Assembly: GCA_051294375.1 (NCBI GenBank)
Contig: CM119263.1
Span: forward strand, 23,720,192-23,784,191
Direction of reading: 5' to 3'
Source of the DNA: Paraspadella gotoi
Taxonomy: Eukaryota > Animalia > Chaetognatha
DNA: 64,000 nt
Position 1 is the stretch's first letter. Every line of letters begins with the position of its first letter. The translations under genes and the position numbers were made by a program. Below are positions 14,190 to 32,845 of the stretch, in pieces. Below the pieces are notes generated by a model that saw only the letters and a list, made by a program, of their open reading frames with translations, was not told the origin of the DNA and did not search any database.

Positions 14190-17100
14190 ATGGCGTTGGT
14201 GGAAAAGTTCGATACAACCGACGGAAAAGGTCGCGGGCTGCGAAGCACGCAAGCGGTGAGTTTTCGTTTCACTCAAGTAACAAGAAGTAGAGACAAACAA
14301 TCCGAAAATTCTTTAATAGAGAATTTATGAGGCATGAATTGGTCGAATAAAAATTATTATTTCTCAGGGGTCCGTTTTGTTTTTACTTACTGTCAATTAC
14401 TTGTCATCGTACTCCGTCCGTTTAGGCTTCGCACGGTCAACTATTGATGTCTGCCATTCCGTTTGCCTTCGTTCTGGATATGAAAAACGTTCAGGCTTCT
14501 TGCCACGCTTGTCTGCAATCCCAAGACCCCTCCCAACTCAAAACGTGCGCAAAGTGTAAATTCGCCAAGTATTGCAACGCTAACTGTCAAAAGGTAATAA
14601 TGTACTTACAGTAGAATAAACTTTCGAAAAAGATTATCGTGGGTTAGACTGTTTATTGTGTAAGGGTATGTTTGATATGTTTGATATCTCATTGTAATCA
14701 TAAGTTCCTCCTTCTAGAACGCATGGAACGACCATAAAATGGAGTGCGGGGCTTTGACGAAGATTTTACCAAAAGTTCCCTCGGAAGATGTGAGGCTCGC
14801 GGCCAGGATGCTTTTCAAGCAGTACCAAAAGATGAAGGACGGTGCCGAGAGAGACGAGTCTGAAGAATTTCTCAAAATGGCTGAGTTGGAGTCGCACGAG
14901 AGTCGAAAGATGTCGCCAGTTGAAGCCAAGGATTTGGAAAACAAAATGAAAACGCTGAAAGGGTAAAACTAGGCGAAAATCTTTCTTTAAAAAAAAATTT
15001 GGCCTTTTTTATAATACTAGAGATTTTCGTTCAAATCTGACTACCAACTTTACAAACGAGCCTGCAATTATTTCAGGTGGAAAACAGGGATGTTTACTGA
15101 AAGGAGCCGGAAGACGTTCAACTTATTCACTTTGATGTTATTTTTCAATAATAAAATAGGCAATTTTTAAAATTATTTTACTCTCACAGGCTTCACAAGA
15201 CATTACATTTTCATAATATCCCAATGTTAATATAATTTATTAGATTTCTTTACCCAGAAATTATAAAAGAATAGAAAGTTATGGATTTCTTTGGTTCGTT
15301 AAGGAAAAAAAAATTATAAGTTTGAAAGAGGAGGTCAGAATCGGCGAAAATCTTATATCTTACATTATACACTGCGGCGCAAAAAAAAAAGACACTAAGT
15401 AGCTTTAAATACACCACTATTTCTTTTTTTAATTTTGAGAAAATATATATGAAAAGTGTAGCTCTTTTAAAGAGCTTTTGATTGGTGCAAGAAAAATTGT
15501 TGTACCAATTTCATAAGGAGAACACGTTTAAAAAAAGGGGTGGAATTTTGATAGGTTTCTTAAGATTTCTCAACAACGATTTAAAGTGAAACTTGAGAAT
15601 TATAATATTCACATCATTCCTCATTTAACGATATAAAAGTATATGAAAAAAACCGCTGACTTCTTTCGGAATAATTTTATTCATGTAAAACGAATGAAAA
15701 AAGGAGGAATGAAGAAAGCGAAAAATACAAAAAGGGAGGATGAAGAGAAAGAATAAAAAGAAATGATATAAATATTTCTTGTTGCCTTTAACCCTATCGG
15801 AAAAGAAGAAAGACGGGAGAAAAGTAACGAATTTAAGAGGGCTCAGCTGAATAGCGATGTAATCGAGTTATTCGAGGCGATGAGCGAATCAGTTAGTCTC
15901 TCTTCAGGTTCCTCACAAACACGAAACTGATTTCCAAAAAGAAAACCGTCTCCGACGATGAAATCAAAAAGATCTTTTCCCAAATCAAATCCAACGCCTT
16001 CATGCTTTCCGACAGAAGCGGCCTCCAGGTCATCTCGAGAGATAGAGACGTGATAAGAAAGTTTTATTTCGTCGAAACACGACGAAGCATAATTCTTTTT
16101 TTTTGGTGTCAGGTTATCGGAACAGGCATTTATCCCAGCATCGCTCTTCTCAATCACAGTTGCATTCCCAACTGTTGCGCCGTCCAAAACTTAAACAAGG
16201 TGAACTACTAGTACTACATTCCTTTTTCGTAATTAGATACAAGCTTACCACAACAATAACAACGACAGGTCGAATTGCGAGGGATTCGCGACATTGCTGC
16301 GGAAGAGGAGCTGCTCATTTCTTACGTTGATCCCATTTCTACTTCAATTGAACGAAAGACGGAATTAAGAGAAAAATACAATTTTACTTGCAGGTTCGTC
16401 CAATACATTTATCTTTCGGCAATCGTGGCTTTTTATATCTCGAACAATGTTTTGCTTTTTATTATCTTTTTCTTTTTATCGGTTGCGCTCAGATGTTCGG
16501 ATTGCTTCGAACGGAAAAACGATTCTCTCTACATAGCAAAGTTCGATCACGTTTCCATGGATGAAGCCAATAAATGGGCGGAAAAATCCGAAGACCTCAT
16601 GGACAAAATCTATAAAGCGAAGGTATTAAAAATGCTGCAGATCCATTGCAGGTTAAAAAATAATTTAATATTTAAACACGTTTCAGGAAACTTACAACTT
16701 TGTTGCGATGCATCAATTGTCAACCACGGCGCTAAGCCAATTAGAAAAAGTCTTTCCGGACACAAACCTGCACGTGTTGAGGCTGCTGCAGCCGCTCGTC
16801 GACGTTGCCTGCGGAATGCAAGACTTCGCGCTAGCGGAGAAATGCGGAAAAAGAATCGCCAAAGTGTTCGAGACGCTTTTACCAAAGTTTCACCCTCTCA
16901 AGGGACTCCAGGTCGTTACTGACGAAGCTTTAGTTAATTTTTTTAAAACAATTTGATATTAGGGAAGTCTCGCTTAAAATTTAAGTTAAATTGAATTTTT
17001 AAACCCCAGTTAATGCGACTGGGCGTGGTTCAGTGGCATTTGATGAAACTCGACGAAGCCATAAGCTCCTTCAACGCGGCGGAGGGTCACCTCGCTCTTA

Positions 17101-17357
17101 CTCACGGAATGGATCACCCGACGGTGTTCGATCTGGTCAACCTTCGCAAGCAGTGCGACATGGAGAAGCAAATACCGAAAGAGCAACTTTCTCAGGTATT
17201 AATTATTAATTATTCGCAATATTCAGGAATATAATTTTTATTCAGTTTTTAAAAAAAGTTATAATATTAAATTTATCGTTTTCCTCATGAAAAGGTCAGA
17301 GAACAAGCCGGTTTTGGAGCCGAAACACCGCAACAGATTCAGCAGAGATTCGCTTGA
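14190..17357 (+). CDS. SMYD3: SET and MYND domain lysine methyltransferase (SMYD2/3-like), multi-exon
   Basis: MALVEKFDTTDGKGRGLRS (split SET N-part); MYND CHAC...CAKCKFAKYCNANCQKNAWNDHKMEC; SET GIYPSIALLNHSCIPNC; ELLISYVD; post-SET KYNFTCRCSDC; TPR-like C-terminus (LALTHGMDHP). Stop TGA at 17355-17357. Confidence 0.9.
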
Positions 17358-17611
17358 GAAAATTCGCAAATTACATCTAATTTAATTTTTGTTAATTGTT
17401 GTAGTGAAAGTTTATTTGAAATAGAAATTCTCAAAAAAGTACTATATTAGAATATCGTATATTTCACGATTTTAGGATAAAAAATAGCAGCGCGATCTAA
17501 AAAGGAAATAAATAAATATAGAAATATTATAGAAAAATAACGGTTGACGACACAAAATAAGATCGCCACAAAAAGTGACGACTTCAAATAAAAACAAAAA
17601 AATGTTTCGGT

Positions 17612-22619
<5,008 letters not shown>

Positions 22620-22867
22620 TGTTCAGAATACGAATTTTACTTGTGTTTACTACATAGTATTCGTTGATTGATCATTCTAAGGTATAAACGTAAAAAAATG
22701 TTGTTTTAAAATTAAATAAGGGGATCAGCGACGCTTACAAAATTGGGAGGGGGAAAAATATTCACATGATTTCTTTTTCGCAACAGAACGGCGGTCTCAT
22801 CGGCCTTTATCATCCGCGGCTTAGGAACGCCACCCTGAAAAAAGCGTCTCTAAGACTAAGAAAGAAA

Positions 22868-23578
22868 CTACTCGTCGTTGTTGCCGCCTTCTCCGTCGGC
22901 GGTCTCCGTCTCCTCAGGCGGCGTGAGGTTGGTCACTTCTCCCGCCTTCCACTTGGGGATGACGATGATCTGCACCTCCTCGTCCTCGTTGTGCTCGTTC
23001 TTTTCCTGCTCGATGGCGATGTACTCTCCGTGTTGCTCGCACCCGATGTCAAAGACGTACTTGCCCTTTCCCGAAGGGATGTCGCCCTTGAAGGCCCCAA
23101 TGAATTTGTGGTTTGCGTGGATGAGCTCACCGGGTCCCTCCCGGCGTCCCTGGACCCAGGTTCCAAGATACTTGGTGCCCGTGTCCGCGTAGGTGTAGGT
23201 CCCTTGTCCGTGACGCAGATTCTCCTTCCACTCACCCTCGTAGGTGTCGCCGTTGACGTAAGAGTACTTGCCAGTGCCGTTTCGCAGGTCCTCGGCCCAA
23301 GAACCCTCGTACTTTGAGCCGTCCGGGTAGATGAAAGTTCCTTGACCGTGCTTCTTGTTCATCACGTACTCGCCGATATAACGAGCTCCGTTTTTAAATT
23401 TGTAAGTGCCGTGCCCGTTGCGCTTGCCGTTTTCGTAGTAGCCCTCGTATTTGTCACCGTTCGGGAGGGTTGCTTTGCCGTAACCGTGACGCTCCTCGCG
23501 TTCGTTACGCTCTCCCTCGTACTCTCCCAAGTACGGACCGGTGTCCTCTTCCTCGTAATCTGACCCGATGTCCGACAT
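22868..23578 (-). CDS. RSPH1: Radial spoke head 1 homolog (meichroacidin/TSGA2; MORN repeats), intronless coding region
   Basis: 236-aa single ORF MSDIGSD...[27 protein letters not shown]...[34 protein letters not shown]...[15 protein letters not shown], highly similar to vertebrate RSPH1. Confidence 0.96.
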   Translation of the reverse strand: MSDIGSDYEEEDTGPYLGEYEGERNEREERHGYGKATLPNGDKYEGYYENGKRNGHGTYKFKNGARYIGEYVMNKKHGQGTFIYPDGSKYEGSWAEDLRNGTGKYSYVNGDTYEGEWKENLRHGQGTYTYADTGTKYLGTWVQGRREGPGELIHANHKFIGAFKGDIPSGKGKYVFDIGCEQHGEYIAIEQEKNEHNEDEEVQIIVIPKWKAGEVTNLTPPEETETADGEGGNNDE

Positions 23579-23759
23579 GGCACTTTATTAATTGTTCTGA
23601 TTGTAACTTCGTTTAAAACTAAATGAAGGTCGGCAAAAAATTGATAAATTGTTGTTAACCGAACATATAAACCGAATATAACTGTGGTTTATTGCATTAA
23701 AATTAATAAAAGAAAACAAATTTTTATCAGTATTTCTTGCAAACCCCGTGTTGTTCGCC

Positions 23760-23772
23760 GTTTCTAAGCAAC
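23760..23772. promoter_or_regulatory. RFX X-box-like motif upstream of RSPH1
   Basis: GTTTCTAAGCAAC (GTTGCTTAGAAAC on minus), about 180 bp upstream of the RSPH1 ATG. A second half-site, GTTGCCTAGTA, lies at about 23900. Confidence 0.55.
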
Positions 23773-24704
23773 CAGTTCTTAGCGAAGCGGAGAAGACAAA
23801 AGGCAAACGTTTTTCTTTACTCCGACAATGAAAATTTCTTTCTAAGTTTTATTTACTGAATAAACAACGGGGAGCAATATCGAATATATCACGTTATAAG
23901 TTGCCTAGTAGTTTTATAGTCGCGATAAAAAATGAATAGAAGAATTTTTAATTCTTTTCATTCTTTTTATATAAAAGTAATAATAGTAGTAATTACGTAG
24001 GTTTAATCATGATAAATTCCTCTCGAAAGTTTTTAAATCAACCTGTGCTTAATATAAGCGATATTATTTATAAATTACTTAATAACCAGTTTTTTAGCGA
24101 GAAATAGGAAAAGGTGGATTAGTTATGACAGACATGACAAATTATATGTCTCGCTCTCCATCGTTCTTGCCCCTTGATCCTTCGACGAGACAGTTTCCAG
24201 CAGTTGTTTTATTTTCTCTTAACATCTTCATATAATGCTTTTCCGATAAGATTGTCGCTTCGTTTTTACGTGGAATAATAGAATAATGAATAGAATTTTT
24301 GAATAATTTGTTTTTGCTCGATCACCGGAGTTTTCTTTTCAATACTACAATAGAACAACATCGAAGATCTTGAAGAAATAGAGAGGCGGACTCACGTCTC
24401 AGTTAGTTATAAAATACAGACATCGACGAAAAAACATTTTTACGATCGGAACAAGGTGAGGGAAAACAAGGTTACGGTCTTCATCTTATTTTAGAACTAC
24501 GTTTTCTTGTTTTTCTATCAATTGCCTCTCCTTAAAAAAAACCTCCCAGGTTAAGAAATAAGAAAAAGAAAAAAGAAACCGCAAACTTTACACGTAACAA
24601 AGAAGTAGATGGCATCGACTTCGTTTTACTTAACCGCCTTTTAAACGTAAACATTTAATCTTTGATAGGAGTTGCAAAATAAACTTTTTAAAACACGCTC
24701 GAAA

Positions 24705-27169
24705 ATGAAGTGTCGCCTATTTAAAAGCGTTCAGGTGATTATTTTCCCTTGTAATTTTCGGAAAAAAAAATAAGGATACAATTTCACATATTTTTGGGGT
24801 TATTCCGTTTTAGTTTTTCTTGTTTTGCTTGGCCTGCGTCCAGCTGGGTCAGTTTTTAACGGGATCATATTTGAGATCATGCATTTCTACACTCGAACGA
24901 CTCTACGGCTTCAATTCAAAACTAAGTGGTGAATATTCTATTTTGAAGAAATAAGACAAGACGTCTGTTTCACTTTTACTAGCTGATTCGGGTGAATTAA
25001 CCTAGATTTACTTTTCGAACGACTTCCTTCACCAAACACCATTCCTTAAGGGTTGCTCGTTTCTGCAACGGACGTTGGGACTCTTTGCGTCATCCTCTTT
25101 GTCTCTTATTTGGGTCGTCGCGTTCATCGTCCACGAACCATCGCTGTTGGTTAGCAATCGTTATTACGTATTTTTCTATTAATACGGTCTTTATTTGAAT
25201 TTGAAATTTGGTGGGTATCCCTATAAATTGAAGCAATAAAATTTGAGTACTGCAGACCTGATTTCAACTTATCCTTACTGTGAAGATTAAACTCTCAACC
25301 CCTGATTGTTCACTTCAAGAAGATAACCCTAGACATCGTACTATTGTTAGGGCCCATCTTTGTCAATGGGGTGGGTCAGAAGTTTGATTTGGGAACCTTC
25401 CCAAATGAAACTTTTTTACAATTATGATAAAAAATTTCAATGGACCAAAATTTTCTAAAATGGTTAGAATTACTAGTAATTATTTTTTTAATATTTATAT
25501 ATAAAATTTTTTTAAAAAAATTTATATTTTTAAAAACAGAAACAGTTAGCTTTTAAAAAGTTTTCTCCACAAAGTATAATTAATTTTTCAATATTTTGAT
25601 GATAAGTGGGTCAAAATTTGAAAAAACCTTAAAAAAATCTTCATCATCATCCGATAATAATAGTAGTTTTTGTTAATTTTCAGTAATAAAACATTAAAAT
25701 TTTAAAAAGTTGTAATTAAATTTTTTATTTAACTTTTTGAGCTCTATCAGAATCAATTAACAATTTTTTTAAAATTATATATATATAGAGAGAGATTGAT
25801 TTTGCGTCGGTGACTTGATCAGTTGCCACAATATCATAATTTTAAGTAGCGAATTACTCATTATTCGGAACATTTTTTCAAACAAATATTTTAACACAAT
25901 AACTATTTAGGGAGAAAAACAATTTGTATTTGTTTTGCTTCAACGAATTTTATTTGAAAATAGTTTGTTGGTCGGACATGTTTCGACTCTACAGTTAGAG
26001 TCTTCATCAGCATTTTGACAATCAATAATTTTTTTTTTTGAAAGTCTATACACAACACAATAACTAATATTTAATGCTGTTCCCATTAAAATTTGAATTT
26101 GGTCGGCTACCGCTACTTTTGTCCCATTCTATTCCATTCTTTCAGCGACGTTGATAATGGCCGCTGCCGTATCTTTATTTGGCGCTATCTACTTCGTGGC
26201 GGCACCTCCATCTGAGGCCGTCAAGTACGCCAATGAACGGAGCAGCGGTCACGCGGCCCAAGTAGACAACAAGACCAAACTGTGTCTTGCGGTAATCGGG
26301 AGAAAGTTTACGGGCGATTTACAGTTTATATAACATACTGAATTTAATATTATCTAGACGATCGAGGTCAATCACACCGCGATGGGCATTCGAAGTAAGG
26401 GATCGAACGAGAGCGGCTACTTGATTTACGGCCTCATGTATGCGGCTTTGGTCATTTTCGGTGAGGTTCTTTCAGCTTCGTCCTCGCCCCTCCTCCCAAA
26501 AAAGATACCATTTTGTGCAGTAATCTCGTTTTTCTCCGCTAGGGGTTGGAATCGCACCCGTGAATCCTCTCGGAGTTTCATATCTTGACGACGCGGCGGA
26601 TCCGAACAGAGCGCCTCTATACGTCGGTGAGAAAAAAAAAACAACGGATATATAAACATCACTGACGAAATTTATTTTCTATTGCTTTTGTTTTTATTTA
26701 AAGCCGTTCTGTTCGCACTTTCTATCGTGGGGCCCGCCTTCGGTCACCTAATCGCTGCCAAAACGCTTACCATCACGACAGAGACTCGAGGTAGACAGTC
26801 GGCTAACAAAGGCTAAGGGGATATTTATAATTTTTATTTATTTATTTATAAATACCCTACAGGTCCGATGTGGAACATCGGGTTCTTCATTGGTGGCGCA
26901 CTCATGGTTATAGCGCAAATTTCTCTTTGGTTCTTTCCGAAAGTCATGCCGCAACAGAAGATGGTCAAGGAAAAGGTTCATTTTTCTAAAAATACCTTGC
27001 TTTCGTTCTTTCTTTTAATATCTTTGTTTCTTTCTTTCTTTCTTTTTTATTTCCTTCTTTCTTTCCATCTTTCTTTTTTCTTTTTTTCTTTCTTTCATTT
27101 TTTCTTTCTTGCTTCCTTTTTTTCATTTTTTCTTTCTTTCTTCCTTTCTTTCTTTCTTCATCCTTTCCC

Positions 27170-27245
<76 letters not shown>

Positions 27246-27306
27246 TTTTATTTCTATCCTTCTTTCTTTTTTCTTTTTTCTTTCTTTCCATCTGTCTTTA
27301 TTTCTG

Positions 27307-27379
<73 letters not shown>

Positions 27380-30121
27380 ATAGGCTCTCCTCGAAAGAGA
27401 GATGAAGCAACTCCAGCGTGGTCGCAGCAACGAAGCTTTCGACGAAATCTCGGAGAAGATGCCTAACGGCAATGACAAAGAGCCGATAGAGAGGGAGAGG
27501 AAGGAGTTGACGGAAAACGGACCAAGGACACAAAAGAAAGATGATGAGAATAAAGACGAAGGCGAGAATTTGGAGGAAAATCTGAGGAAGATGAGTTTTG
27601 TTGGATATCTCAAAGGTAAATAAAAAATATGGAAATAACTTTGGTTTTGCATTGACAATCTGTAATCTGAAATCTTTACTCAATAAAAATTATTATAGAT
27701 ATATAGTTGATCCCTTAATTTTCATTCAAATTCAAAGAAACAAATGACTAAACGTCATAAAGAGACGAGAAATCCCAAGGCCTGACTTCATTTTCAGGAT
27801 TCTTCTCTGCTGCGAAAGACATCATCAAAGAGCCTATCTGGTGCTTAATGACTCTCATGACAGTAATTGTGAGTAAGGAATGGCGATCTGATATTGCATT
27901 CTTGCAATGTAGCACCTCTTTTTGAGATTTAAGAATGAAGATCTATTTTGTGGGGTTTTTTTTACAGATTACCGCCATGATAAGTGGCATTATCTCGTTT
28001 CAAGCAAAGTACATTGAAGTTCAATTCGGAACCTCCGCCGGAGAAGCTAATCTGTTGTTAGGTGACAGACGCTGAAACCATAATCTAGTATCGATTAAGT
28101 AATATTCTTGTGGATAATCTGGTATCGCTTTACCTTAAGGCGCCATAAACATTCCAGTGGGCATTGTGGGAATAGTGGCCGGAGGTTACATCATGAAAAA
28201 ACGTGCTTACACTTTAGCTCAGGTAAGTCGACAACCAATTGTAAAAAATTACAACAATTTTCGCTAAAATTAATGTAATTGAGCTTTTTTAGATTAAGGT
28301 ACGACTAGAGTAGAATTAAAAAGATAAAATTATTATTACATGCTTACAAATGAGCACCTCTAAATGTACAAGATATATATGCTTACAAATTTCGCGATGA
28401 TGTTAGCTAAAATTATAAATCACCAATGCCTGTCCAAAGTCAGGGGCAAGATAGCTTATTTATTAAATGAATGGATAATTTTTATATTGGTTGTACCAAT
28501 TTCATAAAATTCAGCTCCTTGTATTTTGATTCTGGGCGGAGTACAATATAGTATTCCCCGATCTAATACTTAAGGGAGTGGTCTTTTCATACAATTGAAA
28601 CATTCTTTGAAACATCACACCACTTCATTGATAGGGAAGCCAGGTACTTTGGGAGTGAATTTATAAACGAGACTGTGAGAAAGTCTTGATTGAAAGCTTG
28701 CAGGGACCTGCTATGTCATTATCTTGTAAGAGTGATGGAGACCTTAAACCACCAATGCCTGTCCAAAGTCAGGGGCAAGATAGCTTATTTATTAAATGAA
28801 GGGATAATTTTTATATTGGTTGTACCAATTTCATACCAAACTCTTTCACCACTAGGCTAGTCTTCATTGCTTATTTTTCTTTTCAATATCGACGGCCATG
28901 TCGAGCGTTCTTCTTTTCCTTGGGTGTCCCACAAGACCGATAGTCGGCGTCACCGAGCATCCGTTCATCAGGTTTTAATTTTAAAAGAAAAGCGTTTTTA
29001 AAGCTTTCACCGGAAGAAAGATACCCTAACTTTGTTATTACATAATTACGTAGATAAGATTTTAAATTTATTCATACCCGTCGTGTTTTTTTTCTTTTTT
29101 CTCCAATTTTCGTTCCGGACTTCGCAATCCGCAGTTCCAACGAGTTGGTATCGACTTGCAATCGTCATTGCGGATGCAGTTTAGAGGATTATTCTCCGAT
29201 TTGCGCCGACGACGGGCTTGAGTTCGCTTCCCCTTGTCACGCGGACTGCAAACGATTTGTAACTTATATCTAATTAATTAGTAACTTTCTTTTACTTCAT
29301 GTTTAGCTAAAAACTTTTTTTTTTTTTTTGCAATCGAGGCAGAACGCGACTTCCAACTATTTCGACGAATGTGGCTGCATCGTTGCTTCTCGCGCTCGAA
29401 ACGGAAAGTGCGACCATTTGTGCTCATCGCACGTCAATTACTTCATTGCGGCTGACAGGTTTTCCCTTTTTTTTTACCTCTTTTCCGGAAACTAAAAAAA
29501 CATTATTATCGGATTATCTTATGTTACATTAATTGCTTTATCTTCAGCTTAGTTTTTATGTTGTCCGGCTTCGTGCACGCACCGGGGTACATAATCTTTC
29601 TTCGCTCGGTTAAGCCTACGCACAAGTCGTTGGCCATCGGATTGCAGTATTTATTCATCAGGGCGCTCGGTGAATTTTACATCTTGTACATAAATTTTTG
29701 TCTCAAACGAAAATTAAAATCAATCCCTAATTAGGGAAATTTCCGTCCCCCATCTACTTTGGCGCTGTGGTCGATTCCGCGTGCTTGCTGTGGAGCAAGG
29801 GTGGCACAATCACTGGCGCTGGAGCAGGAAAAAAAGGTTCTTGTCTTACATACGATTCCTACGCATTGAGAATCAGGTGTGTCTTTTGTTTATTGATGTC
29901 TTACTTTTAGTGCACAGAGCGACATCTGAGCTAAACACTTTTATACGCAGTCTAAATTAAAGATTCTGAAATTGACGATTAGGTTTTGGGGCTTGTCCCT
30001 GATAATTCAAGTCTGCATTATCCTAATTTTTGCGGTGGTTGCAGTTATACTTTGGCGCCGAGAAAAAAATGAACGAGAAGAAGAAAATACATCGTCCTGT
30101 GTTGAGAAGACTGATTTATGA
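24705..30121 (+). CDS. SLCO: Organic anion transporting polypeptide (SLCO/OATP family, MFS with Kazal-like loop), multi-exon
   Basis: Spliced peptides: ISTLERLYGFNSKLSGLLVSATDVGTLCVILFVSYLGRRVHRPRTIAVG; WNIGFFIGG...LWFFPKVMP; KYIEVQFGTSAGEANLLLG; Kazal CNRHCGCSLEDYSPICADDGLEFASPCHADC; LRSVKPTHKSLAIGLQYLFIRALG; PSPIYFGAVVDSACLLW. Stop TGA at 30119-30121. Confidence 0.93.
26995..27378. repeat. (TTTC)n / pyrimidine-rich simple repeat in an SLCO intron
   Basis: Long TTTC tracts directly visible. The F/L/S-rich and K/E/R-rich ORFs here are products of the repeat. Confidence 0.95.
28421..28835. repeat. Interspersed repeat with 86-bp direct terminal repeats, in an SLCO intron
   Basis: 28421-28506 and 28750-28835 are identical apart from one base (caccaatgcctgtccaaagtcagggg...ggttgtaccaatttcata). 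Related fragments lie at about 5731-5776 (reverse), 8909-8927 (reverse), 15498-15515, 38999-39055, 39444-39628 and 55786-55869. Confidence 0.85.
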
Positions 30122-32382
30122 TAATCGGTTTTGATAGATTAAACTGTTGCTCATTTGTTTGTTCTAAAAATTCTACAATTTCACAAATTCACATATTCAT
30201 CCGATTCAGAGTGGATGAGGTTGTAAAGCTCATTTTTTCAGCCAATTTTAATTCGAACAAAAACGCGTTTTACTGACAATTCCGTTCAGAAAATAACTTT
30301 TGGAAATAAATTACTTTGACTTTTTCTACTTATACATTACACAATTAATGATAAATCAAAAGACTTCTTTTTACAATTTTAAGTAACCAACGTAATTTGT
30401 TTTATTCTTTGAATTTGAATTTGAATTTTTTCTGATATTTTAAAATCTATTCATAGTCGTTGAATAATTTTTACGGGGAAAGAACTAAGTTCAGACTTCC
30501 CTTCCCTGTTAACCCCGCTCTTTGCGTTATCTCTCGGCCTAGTTTTTAATGTATTTTTTCATTATTTTTCCGAATGAAACCAAAGAGCTCCCCAGCTTTT
30601 CTCTTTCCAACTTTGTCATGCACCTACCTTCGAAAATCCTCTGAGCCGCGGTTCTCTTCCTGACCGAGAAATCCGAATTTTTTCCGCTGCGCCGCCGCGG
30701 CCGCTGCCGCCTTCCGCGAAGCCGCCGCCTCTTTCCAATTCGATCGTGCGATATCAAAGCTTCTTTTAAGCTTTATAAAGGTGTCCAGGGACCAATCTAA
30801 TTGCCGATTTTGGGTCAATGAAAAAATTAATATTTCTTTTTTCCGTCCGCCCAAGGATGTTGACTTAAGATCGAGGGAAGGAGGGTCAGAAAAGGCTAGA
30901 AAAGCCTTCAATTTCGAATGAAATGATCTGAAAATTAATTTTGTTTTTCAGATCATAACTTTTCGTTTTCATGACGACCTGTCGATGTCCTGATAAAGCT
31001 CTAAGTCTAAAAAATCCTTTCGTCTCTGCATTCGTTCAACTGTAGAATACGTATACATTTTGTCGGAATTTCTAAAAAAAAATTAATTACAAATTATAAA
31101 TGATAAATTAATGAGTTTAATTGAAAATAAGAAACTAGTGACTTGCAATGATTTCTTTGTTTGGATTTTAAGTCGTCACACGCATATATTTCTTTAATGA
31201 TCGAAAGCTTCCAAACTTTATCTTTCGATCCGAGGAAAAATGAACTCTTTTTTTTTTCCGAATCGTATTAATTTAAAACTTTGCCAATCAACGAATCCGA
31301 GTTGGCCTCAACATCTGAGTTCTCGGTTGCCTGTCAGCAGCTCTTTTCGATGGTAGTTGAGGCTGAAAGCTCTTCCTCACGCTAACATGTTGAATTCTCT
31401 CGGCGATATTTCGGGCTCCTATGCAGTTAAGAATCAGGCAGAAAATTCAACCAAAACAAAATTTTGTTCCCGTTTTCGTTTAAAGGCCAATACGCATGTA
31501 AATAAACATCAGGTAAATAAACAAGCTATTATTCTTCCTTGGTATTTTTTTTTCTAGCGAAAGAAAGTTATTTTGATGAACTTAAATGAAAGATTATATC
31601 GCGGTAAAGAGTGCTCTCAATGATATTGTATTTATTTACCTATTCGATTAACTTTAAATCATAACAGAATATTTTATTCCATTTTTGTCTTGAAATAAAA
31701 ACAAAACGACAACAAACGAAAAAAAAAAAGAATTTTAAGCTGTGACTGTGAAAGTATTCATTCCTTTACTCTTCAGCGTCAATCTTTATGGAACTAACTG
31801 CACAACTTGCGTCCCTTACTTCTCATCAAGAGGTAAGGTTTAATTTCGTACGATTATGGAAGAAATTATGGCATTTTAATTACCCCCTAAAAAAAGGGAA
31901 AAAAAACGTATGTCGGCTCTAATCAACGTGATTCAGCGATTTTACATGCCCGGCATGCCCGAACCTGTCGAACGAGGCCGCCTTCTCGTCATTACTCGTT
32001 GCTCGCTCTACCAGTCATTATCTGACTGTCGGAGATAAGCCGTTGAAAAAAAAAAAGTGTTCGTTAATTGTGCGCCATGCCCTTTTCGAGGTGACGCCGC
32101 GATTATTCGGTGAATGACCTCGGTCGCTCTCACCCTTTTCGGTATGTGTGAGAGGTTTACAGAGGGCCAACGCGTTCACGGATCTCATGATATTGTACAA
32201 AAAGCTTTTTTCATATTTGACGAGAGCAAATCGGCGAGATGTCACTTCGTATCAATAAGCAGCCGTTNNNNNNNNNNGTCACTTCGTATCAATAAGCAGC
32301 CGTTTAGAAACTAATCCCTCAATATCGAGTTTTATAATCGGCAGCCGACTGTTAAAAAAGTGGGACGTTTACTTTACCGTCA

Positions 32383-32482
<100 letters not shown>

Positions 32483-32811
32483 CCAACAAAACTCGAATTA
32501 AAATTGAACTCTGCCTCTTCGACTGACACTATTTTTCTCTCCGCTTTAACTAAAATGATACGAGTTTTTCTCTTTTCTATCACACGCTTTACTAGTTGGC
32601 CCCTCAAATCGAATAAAAGACAAAAAAAAAGTATATATAAACTGGGACAGAGAGATGTTGCCTAAAAAAAACATCTTCGGAGCTCAAATTTATTTTACTA
32701 CCAGTGTAAAAAAAATTAGAAGGTTAAAAAGTAAATAAAAAAAAAAGAATGAAAAACTCAGTGTATCGATCGAGCGACCCTGGACTTGAAGTTTTGGGGT
32801 GTACCGCGAGT

Positions 32812-32845
<34 letters not shown>

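Noticed and set aside
26868-27405. Phe/Leu/Ser-rich 'membrane protein' ORFs
   Set aside because: Read-through from a real SLCO exon into a (TTTC)n intron.
32241-32304. 27-bp direct repeat flanking a 10-N gap
   Set aside because: Unmerged contig overlap (assembly artefact), not a biological repeat.
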